Notes under the pieces: model-generated
The model's database searches: none
What the model saw: the letters and a program-made list of their open reading frames with translations, nothing else
What the model was told of the DNA's origin: nothing
Shown here: positions 48,041 through 57,625 of the stretch, one piece after another
Numbering within the stretch: the first letter of the stretch is position 1
How the letters are laid out: each line of letters opens with the position of its first letter
Translations under genes and position numbers: made by a program
Virus record (IMG/VR): IMGVR_UViG_3300043411_000921
Span: 124,001 to 188,000 of that record
Reading direction: 5' to 3' (one strand)
DNA length: 64,000 nt

Positions 48041-49432
48041 TCAGAGGATTTCGGAGGAGATTGTTGCGAGCAAACTCCTTTCCCCGCGCAAAAATGTCAC
48101 ATGTCCGGCAATATCTTGATCTTTGAAGCGTTCAATAACAATTGAGAGACCATTGGAAACTGAGTCAACGTAGGTGTTGTCGATCTGCTCCAAGTCTCCA
48201 GTCAAAACAATCTTGGTGTTTTCTCCAACACGAGTCAATATTGTTTTCATTTCGTGCAGGTTCGTGTTTTGAGCTTCGTCAATAATCACGAAAGCGTTGG
48301 CGATGGAACGTCCACGAATGAAGGTCATTGCTTGAACTTCAATGATTCCTTCGTCGAAGTAACTCTGAAGAACTTGCTCGTCATGTCGTGGTTGTTTTTT
48401 CTTTCCACCTTCTTGCATTGAATTGCCGATGAGAAAGCGAAGGTTGTCTTTGATTGGAGCAAGCCACGGTTCCAGTTTTTCATTCAAATCTCCTGGAAGG
48501 AACCCAACGTCTTTTCCGAGGGGCATGATTGGACGGCAGATGAGCAGACTTCTGTACCGTTTTGTGTTCAAGACTTGTTCAAGTCCAGCGTTGATTGCGC
48601 TAAGTGTTTTTCCCACACCGGCTTTTCCAGCAAGAGTGACAAGTTTCACGGCTGGGTCAAAGAGAAGGTCGGCAGCAAATTCTTGTTCTTTGTTTCTTGG
48701 TTGAAGTTTTCCAGGAGAAGGGGTCAATTGTCGCAATGGTTTGTTTTTGGACACGAACCTTGCAACTGCGGACTGTTGTCCGTCTTTGATAACAACAAAC
48801 TGGTTAGGATGAAGGTCTTGTTGGAGGTCTTCGGGAAGTGTGTAATCATTTTTGTTGTCATGGAAGTCATCAACCACAGTTTCATCGCGGCTGGAAACAT
48901 CAATCGTTTTTACGCCCGAGTAAAGACTGTTCACGCTTGTTGCGACATTGAACTTACGGTAATCCTCACAGGGAATTCCGAGGGCCTGAGCTTTCAATCG
49001 AAGGATTGTATCTCTTGTGACAAGGAATGCGGTTTCACCAGCAGCTTTTGCCATATCCAAGTAGTTTTGACAGAAGTGAACAATGGTGTTGTCACCGCTC
49101 TTCTTTGTCTCCAATTCAGATGGCAAACCGATTGCTGTTTTCTCATCGGCACACAAATCGGAGAGTGCAAGGATACGGAGGGTTCCCAACTTCTTTCCGA
49201 GTGGAATTCCAGCTTTGAAATCTTTGTGGACCTTGGTCAAGTCAGCAAGTTTTCTGACAACTTCTCTGGCGTTTCTGCCGACTTCATCTTGACGGTCTTT
49301 GTGTCTGTCAAGTTCCTCCAGCACAATGAGAGGAATCACCAAGTCATGCTCTTCGAAACCAAACAGGCTGTTGCTGTCAGTCAACAGAACGTTTGTGTCA
49401 AGAATGTAAGTCTTGCGGGCTTTTTTTGTCAT
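48041..49432 (-). CDS. phoH: PIN-PhoH (PhoH2) protein
   Basis: ILDTNVLL, EELD, GKAGVGKT, GFLPG, IRGRS, IDEAQN, GDLEQID. Confidence 0.95.
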   Translation of the reverse strand: MTKKARKTYILDTNVLLTDSNSLFGFEEHDLVIPLIVLEELDRHKDRQDEVGRNAREVVRKLADLTKVHKDFKAGIPLGKKLGTLRILALSDLCADEKTAIGLPSELETKKSGDNTIVHFCQNYLDMAKAAGETAFLVTRDTILRLKAQALGIPCEDYRKFNVATSVNSLYSGVKTIDVSSRDETVVDDFHDNKNDYTLPEDLQQDLHPNQFVVIKDGQQSAVARFVSKNKPLRQLTPSPGKLQPRNKEQEFAADLLFDPAVKLVTLAGKAGVGKTLSAINAGLEQVLNTKRYRSLLICRPIMPLGKDVGFLPGDLNEKLEPWLAPIKDNLRFLIGNSMQEGGKKKQPRHDEQVLQSYFDEGIIEVQAMTFIRGRSIANAFVIIDEAQNTNLHEMKTILTRVGENTKIVLTGDLEQIDNTYVDSVSNGLSIVIERFKDQDIAGHVTFLRGERSLLATISSEIL

Positions 49433-49475
49433 TGGTTTGTGCTTTTCTTTCTGTTTGTCACTTGACGGTTGAAAC

Positions 49476-49507
49476 TAAAAAGGGGGTGACGTTATGCCAC
49501 CCCCTCC
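49476..49507 (-). terminator. intrinsic terminator
   Basis: GC stem followed by TTTTT on the minus strand. Confidence 0.6.
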
Positions 49508-49534
49508 ATTAGTTAGACTACCTTTTGTTTGAAA

Positions 49535-49849
49535 TCACTCGGTTTCGTCTTCGTCTCCGTCGTCTGTGGGAGTCTCAACAGGTGCAACAACGGCTTTCTT
49601 GTGTTCGAGACGTGCGAGTCGGGTTTCTTCCCTTGCGGCCAGAGTTGCTTTTCCAACGAGCACACCCAGAGTGCGCAGAGCCCTCGTTCCCTTCCTCACA
49701 CGAACACCGGCAGACTGATTTCCCTTCACCGCAAGCTTGTTGACTTCTGCATCAACCTGCTCAACCAAAACCCTAAATTCAGTCCACAAGTCCAAAACTT
49801 GCTTCTCACCAGCAGTCATTTCCCTAGCAGCCTTTGTCTTCTTTGCCAT
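49535..49849 (-). CDS. histone H1/Hc1-like small DNA-binding protein
   Basis: KGNQSAGVRVRKG motif in a helical hairpin. Confidence 0.75.
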   Translation of the reverse strand: MAKKTKAAREMTAGEKQVLDLWTEFRVLVEQVDAEVNKLAVKGNQSAGVRVRKGTRALRTLGVLVGKATLAAREETRLARLEHKKAVVAPVETPTDDGDEDETE

Positions 49850-49956
49850 GTTCTTTCTCTTTTCTTAGTGTTTCCCAATGGTTCGGGATTACACAAGAAT
49901 AAATTCCAAGTAGAAATGGCGTTTGTATAGGTCGTGGAAGGGTTTTGGGGGGAAAA

Positions 49957-50409
49957 TTAGCGGCGGGTGATGACTTGGTAGAGAACGGAACCGACAAAGG
50001 CAAGAACGCTAGCAACGAGCGTCCAGTAAATTCTGGAAAGGTGTTTGCGGAGCCTCACAAGGTCATTGAGTTCTTCAAGTTGTTTTCCAGCGACACGCTC
50101 AATGGAATCCTTGAACTTCTTCATGTCTGTGACATCGACAACAATTGCGGGCATCTCTTTAACTTTTCCTTCGAGATCGCTGAGGTTGTTGTCGAGCTTT
50201 GACTCAATCGTTTTGACTCTGGAGAACAAGCCGTTGTCCGGTCCGTAAAGAGCTTCTGCGACCTTATCCAACTTTTTCCCCGACTCCTCTTGTTTGTCCT
50301 GGATGTGTTCAATCATAACACACATACGGTCAAACCCACCATTCAACGCCTTGGATTCCCTTATTTTCCTAGCGATACTCTCCAGAAGTTCTCTTTCACT
50401 TTGAGTCAT
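49957..50409 (-). CDS. coiled-coil protein with C-terminal TM anchor (late)
   Basis: GAGGTG RBS, TATTTA upstream, C-terminal hydrophobic helix. Confidence 0.7.
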   Translation of the reverse strand: MTQSERELLESIARKIRESKALNGGFDRMCVMIEHIQDKQEESGKKLDKVAEALYGPDNGLFSRVKTIESKLDNNLSDLEGKVKEMPAIVVDVTDMKKFKDSIERVAGKQLEELNDLVRLRKHLSRIYWTLVASVLAFVGSVLYQVITRR

Positions 50410-50456
50410 ATCGTCACCTCGCCGGAATAAATACACCAGGAAAAAGGTTGACAAAA

Positions 50457-51830
50457 ATGTCGCACAATTATTTCGCTGAGAAACAAGAGGTTCAAGACAA
50501 TCTAATTCGGGCTGTTGACAAGCTGGAGAGACAAATGAGTGCGATCACTCTTGCTATCAGTTCTCCAAACCAAACATATCTCACCGAAAATTCTTTTCAA
50601 CTTCTTACCAAACTTCTTCTTCCGTCCAACCCTTGGGAAAGAATGCTCTATCAGGAGCTTGTTCAGAAGTGTTATCAATTGGAAATGCGTTGTCAGGGTT
50701 CATCCCCGATGTTTCTCAGAGCCTTTGCTGCTGCTGCAAGAGAAATCACGAGGAAACAAGGGTCTTACCGTGAGCTTGTGGAGGATAACCAGAAGAGCAA
50801 CCAAAGATACTCTCAAGAAATACTTCCTCACTGCTACCCTTCCTCCCCATCTTTCATCAAAGAAGAAATACAAAAAGCCTGTCAAAACCTCTCAATCCCA
50901 GCAACCGCTGTCGAAGAGGCAATCAAGTTGGCTGGGGTTGAGGGAAATATTGTCTTGGCAGAGGAAGAAGTCCCATCTGTTCTGGTTGAGTTGCAATTTG
51001 GCTATAACTTCTCAATGAACCCATTCAAAGGTTTCATCCCAACAAATGGAACTTGGACGAGAGCGGAAACAAAAATCATGCTGGTAGACGGAATGCTAGA
51101 ATCTGTTTCTGAAATTGACAAGCTTCTAAATGGCTGCTATTCCAGCAAAATCCCGGTGATCTTGATTGCACAAGGTTTTTCAGAAGAGGTAGTTGCAACC
51201 CTTCATGCAAATTACTCCCGAGGTTCTTTGGATGTTTTTCCTTTGAGAACTCAACAGAACTTGGAAGCAATCAACATTATGAATGACATTGCTGTTGTTT
51301 CTGGAACTGATGTTATCAGCACGCTCAAAGGAGAACGTTTGGGAACAGTGGGTTTGGATTCCCTTGGTTCGGTTGAAAAGGCTTCAATCACCGGAAACGT
51401 TTTGACAATTCACAATTCCAGAACCAGAGGAAATGTTCTTTCTCACCTTGGTTATCTGGAGAAGAGAAGGGTTGAGCAAGCAGAAACATCACAGGTTTCA
51501 GATTTGGCAGATTTGACTTCAAAGAGGATTCAGAATCTTTTGGCACATCTTGTGAAGGTAACGATTCCAAAGGGGGACGTTAATCGCTTCAGGGGGATTA
51601 TAGACAACGCCATTCGGGCTTGTCGTACTTCCATCACCTACGGTTATTGCAAGCCGCTAGAAATCAACCTGGAGCGATTGGAGCCCATGTGGAGAAAAGC
51701 TCACCTGGGTGCGATCAAAAATCTGGAAGGTGAGAAAGTTTCGAGTGTTGGTTTGTGGTTGTCTGTGAGGATGGGAGTGGAACTTGCAACGGCTTATTTC
51801 ACTGCTGCTGGGGCATTGGTCAGGAACTAA
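50457..51830 (+). CDS. divergent GroEL/Cpn60-like chaperonin
   Basis: Apical-domain-like DGMLESVSEI..PVILIAQGFSEEVVATL..N, DIAVVSG, LGSVEK; no GDGTTT. Confidence 0.7.
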   Translation: MSHNYFAEKQEVQDNLIRAVDKLERQMSAITLAISSPNQTYLTENSFQLLTKLLLPSNPWERMLYQELVQKCYQLEMRCQGSSPMFLRAFAAAAREITRKQGSYRELVEDNQKSNQRYSQEILPHCYPSSPSFIKEEIQKACQNLSIPATAVEEAIKLAGVEGNIVLAEEEVPSVLVELQFGYNFSMNPFKGFIPTNGTWTRAETKIMLVDGMLESVSEIDKLLNGCYSSKIPVILIAQGFSEEVVATLHANYSRGSLDVFPLRTQQNLEAINIMNDIAVVSGTDVISTLKGERLGTVGLDSLGSVEKASITGNVLTIHNSRTRGNVLSHLGYLEKRRVEQAETSQVSDLADLTSKRIQNLLAHLVKVTIPKGDVNRFRGIIDNAIRACRTSITYGYCKPLEINLERLEPMWRKAHLGAIKNLEGEKVSSVGLWLSVRMGVELATAYFTAAGALVRN

Positions 51831-52392
51831 GAACGGTCTTTGCCAACTCTTTGTGTGTCTTCATTGAGACATAAAGCTTCATGGATGGCATTGACTCACA
51901 CAGAACTCCCAGATCCAACATTGTCATCTTTGACAGTTCTTCAGCGATCATTGAAACAAGTTGCTCGGAACCAACCAGGAAGCTGTGTGAGTTCGCTTTG
52001 GAGATGCAAAACTCCAGAAGTTTTTGTGAATCTTTTCCGTAAGCCTCTTGGAGTGTTTGCTTTGGACTATGTTTTTTCTGAAGCATCTTGACGGCTTCAC
52101 CAACACATTTCCCGACAGCTTCAGAGACAAAGGTATAATTCAAGAGAGTGGATTCAACCAAGGCTGGATCCCTTCTTGACTCACTCAAATTCTTTCCTGT
52201 TTCCATTGTAAGGTGAAAGAGGGTTGGAATTTGTTTTTGGTATTTGGAAACAACCTCCTCCAGCTTCTCGATTGATTCTGCTACGGCCAAGGTTTCTGTT
52301 TGTTCGTGGAGGAAGAGGTCAATTGGGTAGATTCCTTTTGAAACCAGAGCCTCTTGTGCTTCAACCAATCTGTTTGCGTATTCTTTCCACAT
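51820..52392 (-). CDS. putative internal head protein
   Basis: TACTTA at 52437-52432; RLVE|A, LSE|S, LQE|A. Confidence 0.6.
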   Translation of the reverse strand: MWKEYANRLVEAQEALVSKGIYPIDLFLHEQTETLAVAESIEKLEEVVSKYQKQIPTLFHLTMETGKNLSESRRDPALVESTLLNYTFVSEAVGKCVGEAVKMLQKKHSPKQTLQEAYGKDSQKLLEFCISKANSHSFLVGSEQLVSMIAEELSKMTMLDLGVLCESMPSMKLYVSMKTHKELAKTVLSS

Positions 52393-52501
52393 TGCGGGGT
52401 TTTCCTTTTTCTCGTGTTTTGAGAGTGCTGGTAAGTATCTTTTGAGACCTGAACACGTTTTTGCTTGCCTCGCATGAAAGACTGTGTTAGAAAGGGTAAG
52501 C

Positions 52502-53170
52502 ATGAAAATCCAGTACAAGGGTTCTGTTTCTCCAGAAGTTTTGGAGTCAGAATCAACCAGATCGGTTTCGGAAGAACAAGTAACCTCTTCTGAAGCTTCA
52601 ATCAAAACCCAGAAGGATAGGTTTTATCTTCCTGTGTTGAATATCAATCACAACCACGAGTGGCCTTCAAAGCCACTGGAGGATCGTAAGCATTTTACTG
52701 ATGAGGTGGCAACTGAAACGTGTCTTGGGAATTGTTGTGGCGTTGAAGGTTTGAAAGGTGCTTGTTGTCATCTTGATCCTTATGATACCGAACACGTTCT
52801 TGGACCTTTGAAGGGTTCAGATAAGGATGAGTGGATTCGAGACATTCTCGCTTGGTTCAGGAAGCGGGGATTGAATTTGACAAGAGCAGATGTAGTGATT
52901 GACTACGAAGAGGGAAAAATCATTGGTGAAACACTATTCAAAGATGCACCAAACAACGGTATTTTCCAGGAGCCTAGTGCATATCCGATGCTCAGGTTTC
53001 AAGTGATTGGTCCGAGATACGCTTGCAAGTTCATGAATCCAGTGACTTACAAGTGTGGGATTTACGCAATGAGACCAAATATGTGCAGAACATATCTTTG
53101 CAACTATGTCTTGACGAACTTCCTTGTTAAGACAAAGAGCAAACCAAACACATGGCAGAAGGTCCGATAG
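52502..53170 (+). CDS. YkgJ-like cysteine-cluster (Fe-S/Zn) protein
   Basis: CLGNCC, ACC, CKFM..CGIYAMRPNMCRTYLC. Confidence 0.8.
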   Translation: MKIQYKGSVSPEVLESESTRSVSEEQVTSSEASIKTQKDRFYLPVLNINHNHEWPSKPLEDRKHFTDEVATETCLGNCCGVEGLKGACCHLDPYDTEHVLGPLKGSDKDEWIRDILAWFRKRGLNLTRADVVIDYEEGKIIGETLFKDAPNNGIFQEPSAYPMLRFQVIGPRYACKFMNPVTYKCGIYAMRPNMCRTYLCNYVLTNFLVKTKSKPNTWQKVR

Positions 53171-53199
53171 AAAGAAAGGGTATTGAGAGTTGAACGACA

Positions 53200-53796
53200 A
53201 TGAAAACCAGTACATCAACAGTTGGAGCAGTTTGGAAAGACGCAGACGGTAAGACCTTAACCGACGAAGGACTTTATCAATGGGTGAAGTCTTCTGTCCT
53301 GGGCATGGACTCTGAATATGAATTGATTGTGGGTGTTGACTCACATCGTCACAAGAAATTCTTTCAGTTTATCACGGTTGTTTGCATTTATCGCAAGGGT
53401 CGTGGAGGTTACTACTTTTACAAGAGATCAGCACGTCCTGCGTCTGATTACAAGGGAACGTATCCAGTAAGAGTTAGAACCCGCATGTTTTACGAGGCTT
53501 CCTTGGCTCTTGAAACAGCGCAGAACATTTTTGATCACACTGAGGCTTTGCCTGTCATTCACCTTGACGCATCTCCTCCAGGTGGAACAGAAGTGACTTC
53601 TGCTTTCTCTGATCAGTTGAATGGTTACATTGTTGGTTCAGGTTTTGAGTGTGTTTTGAAGCCTTGGGCGTTTGTCGCAAGTGGAATTGCTGACAAACAT
53701 AGCAAGTCTTCGTGCTGGGTTATTCCAAACACTTTGGACATCGGAAACCCAAGAGACAAAGGTAAAAACACGATTGCTAAGGAAATTCAAAAATGA
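53200..53796 (+). CDS. RNase H-like YkuK (DUF458) protein
   Basis: IVGVDS, GRGG, EASLALE, IHLD, KPWAFVASGIAD. Confidence 0.85.
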   Translation: MKTSTSTVGAVWKDADGKTLTDEGLYQWVKSSVLGMDSEYELIVGVDSHRHKKFFQFITVVCIYRKGRGGYYFYKRSARPASDYKGTYPVRVRTRMFYEASLALETAQNIFDHTEALPVIHLDASPPGGTEVTSAFSDQLNGYIVGSGFECVLKPWAFVASGIADKHSKSSCWVIPNTLDIGNPRDKGKNTIAKEIQK

Positions 53797-54125
53797 GCAA
53801 AGATGAACGCAGAGTAAAGCTTGATACCGCCATCGAAAGAAACATTCACCAACTGGTCAAAAACATCTCCGAAGGAATGTTTGACGCCGTTCAACTGAGT
53901 TGTCGGAAGAACAACATTCCTGTCGAACCAGAAGTGCTAACGCATATTTTGAAGACAGCCCAGATTGTCATTTCTGGGCTGGAGCTTCAGAACCTCGATG
54001 CTTTTCACAGAAGCATCAAGACATTGCTGGATGATTATGCTGGAGAGGATGGGGAAGGCTCGCTTGCAAAACTTTCCGAGGCAACCGTTCTCCCAAAATC
54101 CCGTGGCAATCAAAAATCAGCTTGA
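53793..54125 (+). CDS. hypothetical protein
   Basis: ATGA-coupled helical ORF. Confidence 0.7.
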   Translation: MSKDERRVKLDTAIERNIHQLVKNISEGMFDAVQLSCRKNNIPVEPEVLTHILKTAQIVISGLELQNLDAFHRSIKTLLDDYAGEDGEGSLAKLSEATVLPKSRGNQKSA

Positions 54126-54192
54126 GCCTTCAAAAGCTTGAAAAGATTCCCTTCCTCTTGGCATTTCTTGCCATAGTTCTCTTTAGAAACGC

Positions 54193-54678
54193 ATGACAAC
54201 TTCATCCTCTCCACTGGTCGAAGGTGTGAAACACCTCGTCACCTGTACCTGCACACTTCCACAGTTTGAATCGCTGGATCCGCCAGTCTTCCACAAATTC
54301 ATTGTGTTCTCGTTAATCAATGCAGACGGAAGCATTCAACCAAGCATTGCAAGATGTAACAACTGTGAAGGGTTGCATCGAGTAACAGAAGTTGGACTTT
54401 CTCAAAAACTCAAGAAAGAAACCTCTGCCGTTCTTCCCGATGTGGAGGAAATAAAAACAGGATTGCCTGAAAAACTCGTTCAACTCGTTGAACGCTACAA
54501 ACTTGACCTGCCTTCCTGGCAAGAGATTCAGTTTGTTTTTGAGAATGAGAAATGGGGCAGACCAATCATTCTCACCAAAGAACAAGGAGACAATCCAGAT
54601 GATGTCTCTGGAAAATACCTCCTGATCTCCAGCAAATCTCTCTGGAGAATTCAAACCTTCTCAACGGAAAACCTATGA
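54193..54678 (+). CDS. hypothetical zinc-binding protein
   Basis: CTC..H..CNNC..H. Confidence 0.7.
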   Translation: MTTSSSPLVEGVKHLVTCTCTLPQFESLDPPVFHKFIVFSLINADGSIQPSIARCNNCEGLHRVTEVGLSQKLKKETSAVLPDVEEIKTGLPEKLVQLVERYKLDLPSWQEIQFVFENEKWGRPIILTKEQGDNPDDVSGKYLLISSKSLWRIQTFSTENL

Positions 54679-55025
54679 CAACAGACAACAACAACATCCC
54701 AGAAACAGAAAAAGCCTCATTTCTTACAGACGAATCAGAAAAAGAGGAAGGTGTCTCTTACGTCGTTCCAAACTACATTGAAACCAAACTCACAAAAGCG
54801 AGCAAACAAAAGTGCCGTGGCATTGTGAGAACCATCAATGATTTCGGAATCTCTCAGAGAGAGAAACTATTCCTCATCTATCTCTTGAGTTTGGAACTTG
54901 AACACCGAGATTCGATGTTGAAAATTTCCAAAACAATTGGAGAATGTCAAGCTTCGATTGAAGCACCCAAGGTTATTGTCTCTGAGGACCAGCCACAGCA
55001 GAAAAAACAAATCCTGCTTGGTTGA
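54675..55025 (+). CDS. hypothetical protein
   Basis: ATGA-coupled. Confidence 0.7.
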   Translation: MTTDNNNIPETEKASFLTDESEKEEGVSYVVPNYIETKLTKASKQKCRGIVRTINDFGISQREKLFLIYLLSLELEHRDSMLKISKTIGECQASIEAPKVIVSEDQPQQKKQILLG

Positions 55026-55205
55026 CACCAATCTTCTCTGCCACTTGTAAATCAATTCTCGTTATCACTTTCCCGTTCTCTTCAATGGTAACAAACCTAG
55101 TCGTTACCTTCTCTGGAAGAATCCCAGTTCCCCTCGAAACATAACAAACCTCAGTAGATGTTTGGATCATCAGAATGGCACCTATAACCTTCGCCCAAAC
55201 AGGGC

Positions 55206-55300
55206 CTATACGCCTTATCTGTGACAGCAAATCATTTCGATGGCTCGGAGGACGTTGGAGAAATTTGGAGCCCGTATAAGGCATCCTGGAGCGATTTAGG
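55206..55300. repeat. ~95-bp inverted-arm element, copy 3
   Basis: ctatacgcctta ... taaggcatcctggagcgatttagg. Confidence 0.75.
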
Positions 55301-56117
55301 GGATGGTGATAAGTGTGTCGATGGTTCTTGGGACAATCATCCCATGTTTCTTACCAGATTGCAGAAGAAGTTTTGTCGTTTGCGGTCCTGGAACACCATC
55401 ACATTCTTCTGGTTTCAAACCGAGTTTTAGTTGTTCGGCTTTCCAAAAGGCTTTGTCTTCGTTTTTGTCGAAGTTGAAAGGAAGGTATCCAGCAGCTTTG
55501 AGTGCTGCTGGAAGCCAAGGACCACAATCTCCTGGACCTCGGTTTGATGTTTGGTTGCTGTGATTGTAAACACCAACGACATCTCTTCCCTTTCCATCCC
55601 CAGAAATACGATTAACCAACCTCAGCATTGGTTTGTCTTTCTCGGTGTCCCAGGGAATTTGTCGTTGGATGCCAAGAATGGCAGTTAAGAAGTCAATGAA
55701 CAACACTGCCTTTTGGATTTGATCTTCATACAGATCGCCATTGTCATGCTGAACCATTTCTAGTCCACAAGTGTGGGCATTGACTGCTCCCGCTTGCCAA
55801 GTGAAGAATTCCAATGGATCATTCTGGATGATCCAGTCGCCGCTGAAATCTTCAGTAAAATCCCAACTCACTTGTCTTTCCGTATTGGTTTGATATCTTG
55901 CATATCTTAAGTCCAAGTCTGTGTTTGGCCCATAGCCGGGAAGAAGCTTTCCCAGTTTTCCATGAACAGTGTGGCAAACGATGGATCGAATCCATGTTTT
56001 CCTGGGACTTTTATCTGTGACTTGTTTGATTTTGAGGGCAGGAGCTTCTGGATCGAGCCAGGATGTTGTTTTCAACCCTGGAATTCCCAGCTTTCTGCCT
56101 TTGATGATGATGGACAT
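55296..56117 (-). CDS. endolysin (amidase_2 plus peptidoglycan-binding domain)
   Basis: IVCHT, TWQAG..N..GLE, NH..GDCG; Q..LGL..DGVPGPQT. Confidence 0.85.
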   Translation of the reverse strand: MSIIIKGRKLGIPGLKTTSWLDPEAPALKIKQVTDKSPRKTWIRSIVCHTVHGKLGKLLPGYGPNTDLDLRYARYQTNTERQVSWDFTEDFSGDWIIQNDPLEFFTWQAGAVNAHTCGLEMVQHDNGDLYEDQIQKAVLFIDFLTAILGIQRQIPWDTEKDKPMLRLVNRISGDGKGRDVVGVYNHSNQTSNRGPGDCGPWLPAALKAAGYLPFNFDKNEDKAFWKAEQLKLGLKPEECDGVPGPQTTKLLLQSGKKHGMIVPRTIDTLITIP

Positions 56118-56158
56118 AAAAGAGAATGCCTCCGGCTGTAAATAGCCGGAGGCATCTC
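56118..56158 (-). promoter_or_regulatory. terminator/RBS-occluding hairpin with late motif in the loop
   Basis: 12-bp stem 56126-56155, TATTTA in the loop, GGAGG in the 3' arm, T tract before ATG. Confidence 0.7.
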
Positions 56159-56186
56159 AGGGGTTTAGAATTGGTGTTGTGTTGGA

Positions 56187-56654
56187 TCAGGTGCCGCTGA
56201 TAACAACGGAACCGGAAGCGCCAATGACGAGGAAATTCTTTCCGTCAGACATCAAAGCAACGGAAGGTCCGCCGCCAGTTGTTGCACCAGCCAAACCACC
56301 AACAGGGAAGGTCAACTTGGAGCCTTTTGTTGCACTGGAGCCGGAAGCAAGAAGGGCAAACACTCTTGTTCCTTCTGCTTCTTGTGAACCTGTCAGAGCG
56401 TGTGCGTGGTTGCTGAGTGTCCTGATCGCAAAGATTGCACCGGGGCATTCATCAGCTTTCGGCATCACGAGTGTCAGAGCTGTTGAGCCGGACACAGTGA
56501 TGACACCAGCTTCGGCTGGTGTGAGTGTCACTGCGGAGGTTTTTGCTTTGATGTTTGGAAGCTTGTATGGAGAGAAACCGGAACTGCCTGCTTGAGCAGT
56601 GTCCAGATCTGTCACAACACCGTTGTCGCCAATTGTTGTTTTAGTTGCTGGCAT
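56187..56654 (-). CDS. putative virion structural protein
   Basis: Thr/Ser/Gly-rich beta protein; TATTTA upstream. Confidence 0.65.
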   Translation of the reverse strand: MPATKTTIGDNGVVTDLDTAQAGSSGFSPYKLPNIKAKTSAVTLTPAEAGVITVSGSTALTLVMPKADECPGAIFAIRTLSNHAHALTGSQEAEGTRVFALLASGSSATKGSKLTFPVGGLAGATTGGGPSVALMSDGKNFLVIGASGSVVISGT

Positions 56655-56715
56655 GATCGTCTATATCCTTCTACCCAAGTGGGCTGGGAATAAATATACA
56701 GGTTTTGCTGGAAAA

Positions 56716-56982
56716 TCAGTCTGCTGAGGAAGATGAGGGTTCGGTTGTGGTAGTGGTGGCCGAAGTGTTCTTTTGCACTTGATTCTCATTCCAGCGTCTA
56801 CCGAAGTAGAGAGCAAGAAGAGGAGTAAGAAACCCAGTGGCAATTGTCACATCAAACGCACGAATGTGTGGCGTAGAGAAGATGTTGAGAATGAACCAGA
56901 GAAGGGTTGCGGCAAAGGAAGTGTAAACCATTGTAAAGCTCAAACTGTCCTTTCCTTGGCTGTTTTTGAGAAGAAGTTTCAT
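56716..56982 (-). CDS. holin-like two-TM protein
   Basis: Two TM helices, polar tail, lysis context. Confidence 0.6.
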   Translation of the reverse strand: MKLLLKNSQGKDSLSFTMVYTSFAATLLWFILNIFSTPHIRAFDVTIATGFLTPLLALYFGRRWNENQVQKNTSATTTTTEPSSSSAD

Positions 56983-56990
56983 GTAGTCTC

Positions 56991-57620
56991 CTACTGGCTA
57001 AGTACAATAGCAGCGGAAACACCAACACCCAACAAAACCCCAGCACCAACCAATCCAACATAAACCCAAGGAGACCTTTGTCCTGTTCTCTCCAAAGCTT
57101 GGATTGTCCTCTCTGCACTCGTAAGTTCAATATCCCTTGAACGAACCTGGGCTTGATAAAAAGCTCTCATCAGCCTCATGTCCGAATTTAGAATGGAAAC
57201 GTCTCTGATTGCTGTGGTAGCAAGAGTAGCAATCGCAAGCCTGTGGTTTGCATCTATTGTCCTTGTGATTTCCCCCAGAGAAACAGTCAGGTGATTGATG
57301 GCCGGTTCGTTCAAACAGATTCCATTCCAAGGACCATAAACTGTTTGGTCGGCTGGAGAGGTTTGTGGATTCCTGAGCATTGGGATAGCAAACGCTCCAG
57401 CATCCCTAGCCCTCTCTTCGTTGAAGATTTCTCTCAATGAAACAGAAGAGCCTGATTCTACTGAAGAATCGAGGATTTGTTGATAAGGTGTGAGATCAAC
57501 ACTCGAATCTTCTTGAAGAAAAGAAGAGTCCGGGGAAGGCGTTGATATGACTGGAGTTGTTGAAACTGTGGAGGAGCAGCCGAGGGAGAGGAGGATTAGG
57601 ATGGATGCGATTCGCTTCAT
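56991..57620 (-). CDS. spanin-like lipoprotein with C-terminal TM
   Basis: Lipobox LSLG-C, helical middle, C-terminal WVYVGLVGAGVLLGVGVSAAIVL. Confidence 0.65.
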   Translation of the reverse strand: MKRIASILILLSLGCSSTVSTTPVISTPSPDSSFLQEDSSVDLTPYQQILDSSVESGSSVSLREIFNEERARDAGAFAIPMLRNPQTSPADQTVYGPWNGICLNEPAINHLTVSLGEITRTIDANHRLAIATLATTAIRDVSILNSDMRLMRAFYQAQVRSRDIELTSAERTIQALERTGQRSPWVYVGLVGAGVLLGVGVSAAIVLSQ

Positions 57621-57625
57621 GCGAA

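Noticed and set aside
54973-55284. Minus-strand ORF after the endolysin
   Set aside because: It overlaps the repeat element and a convergent gene, with no clear start signal; a short real gene cannot be excluded
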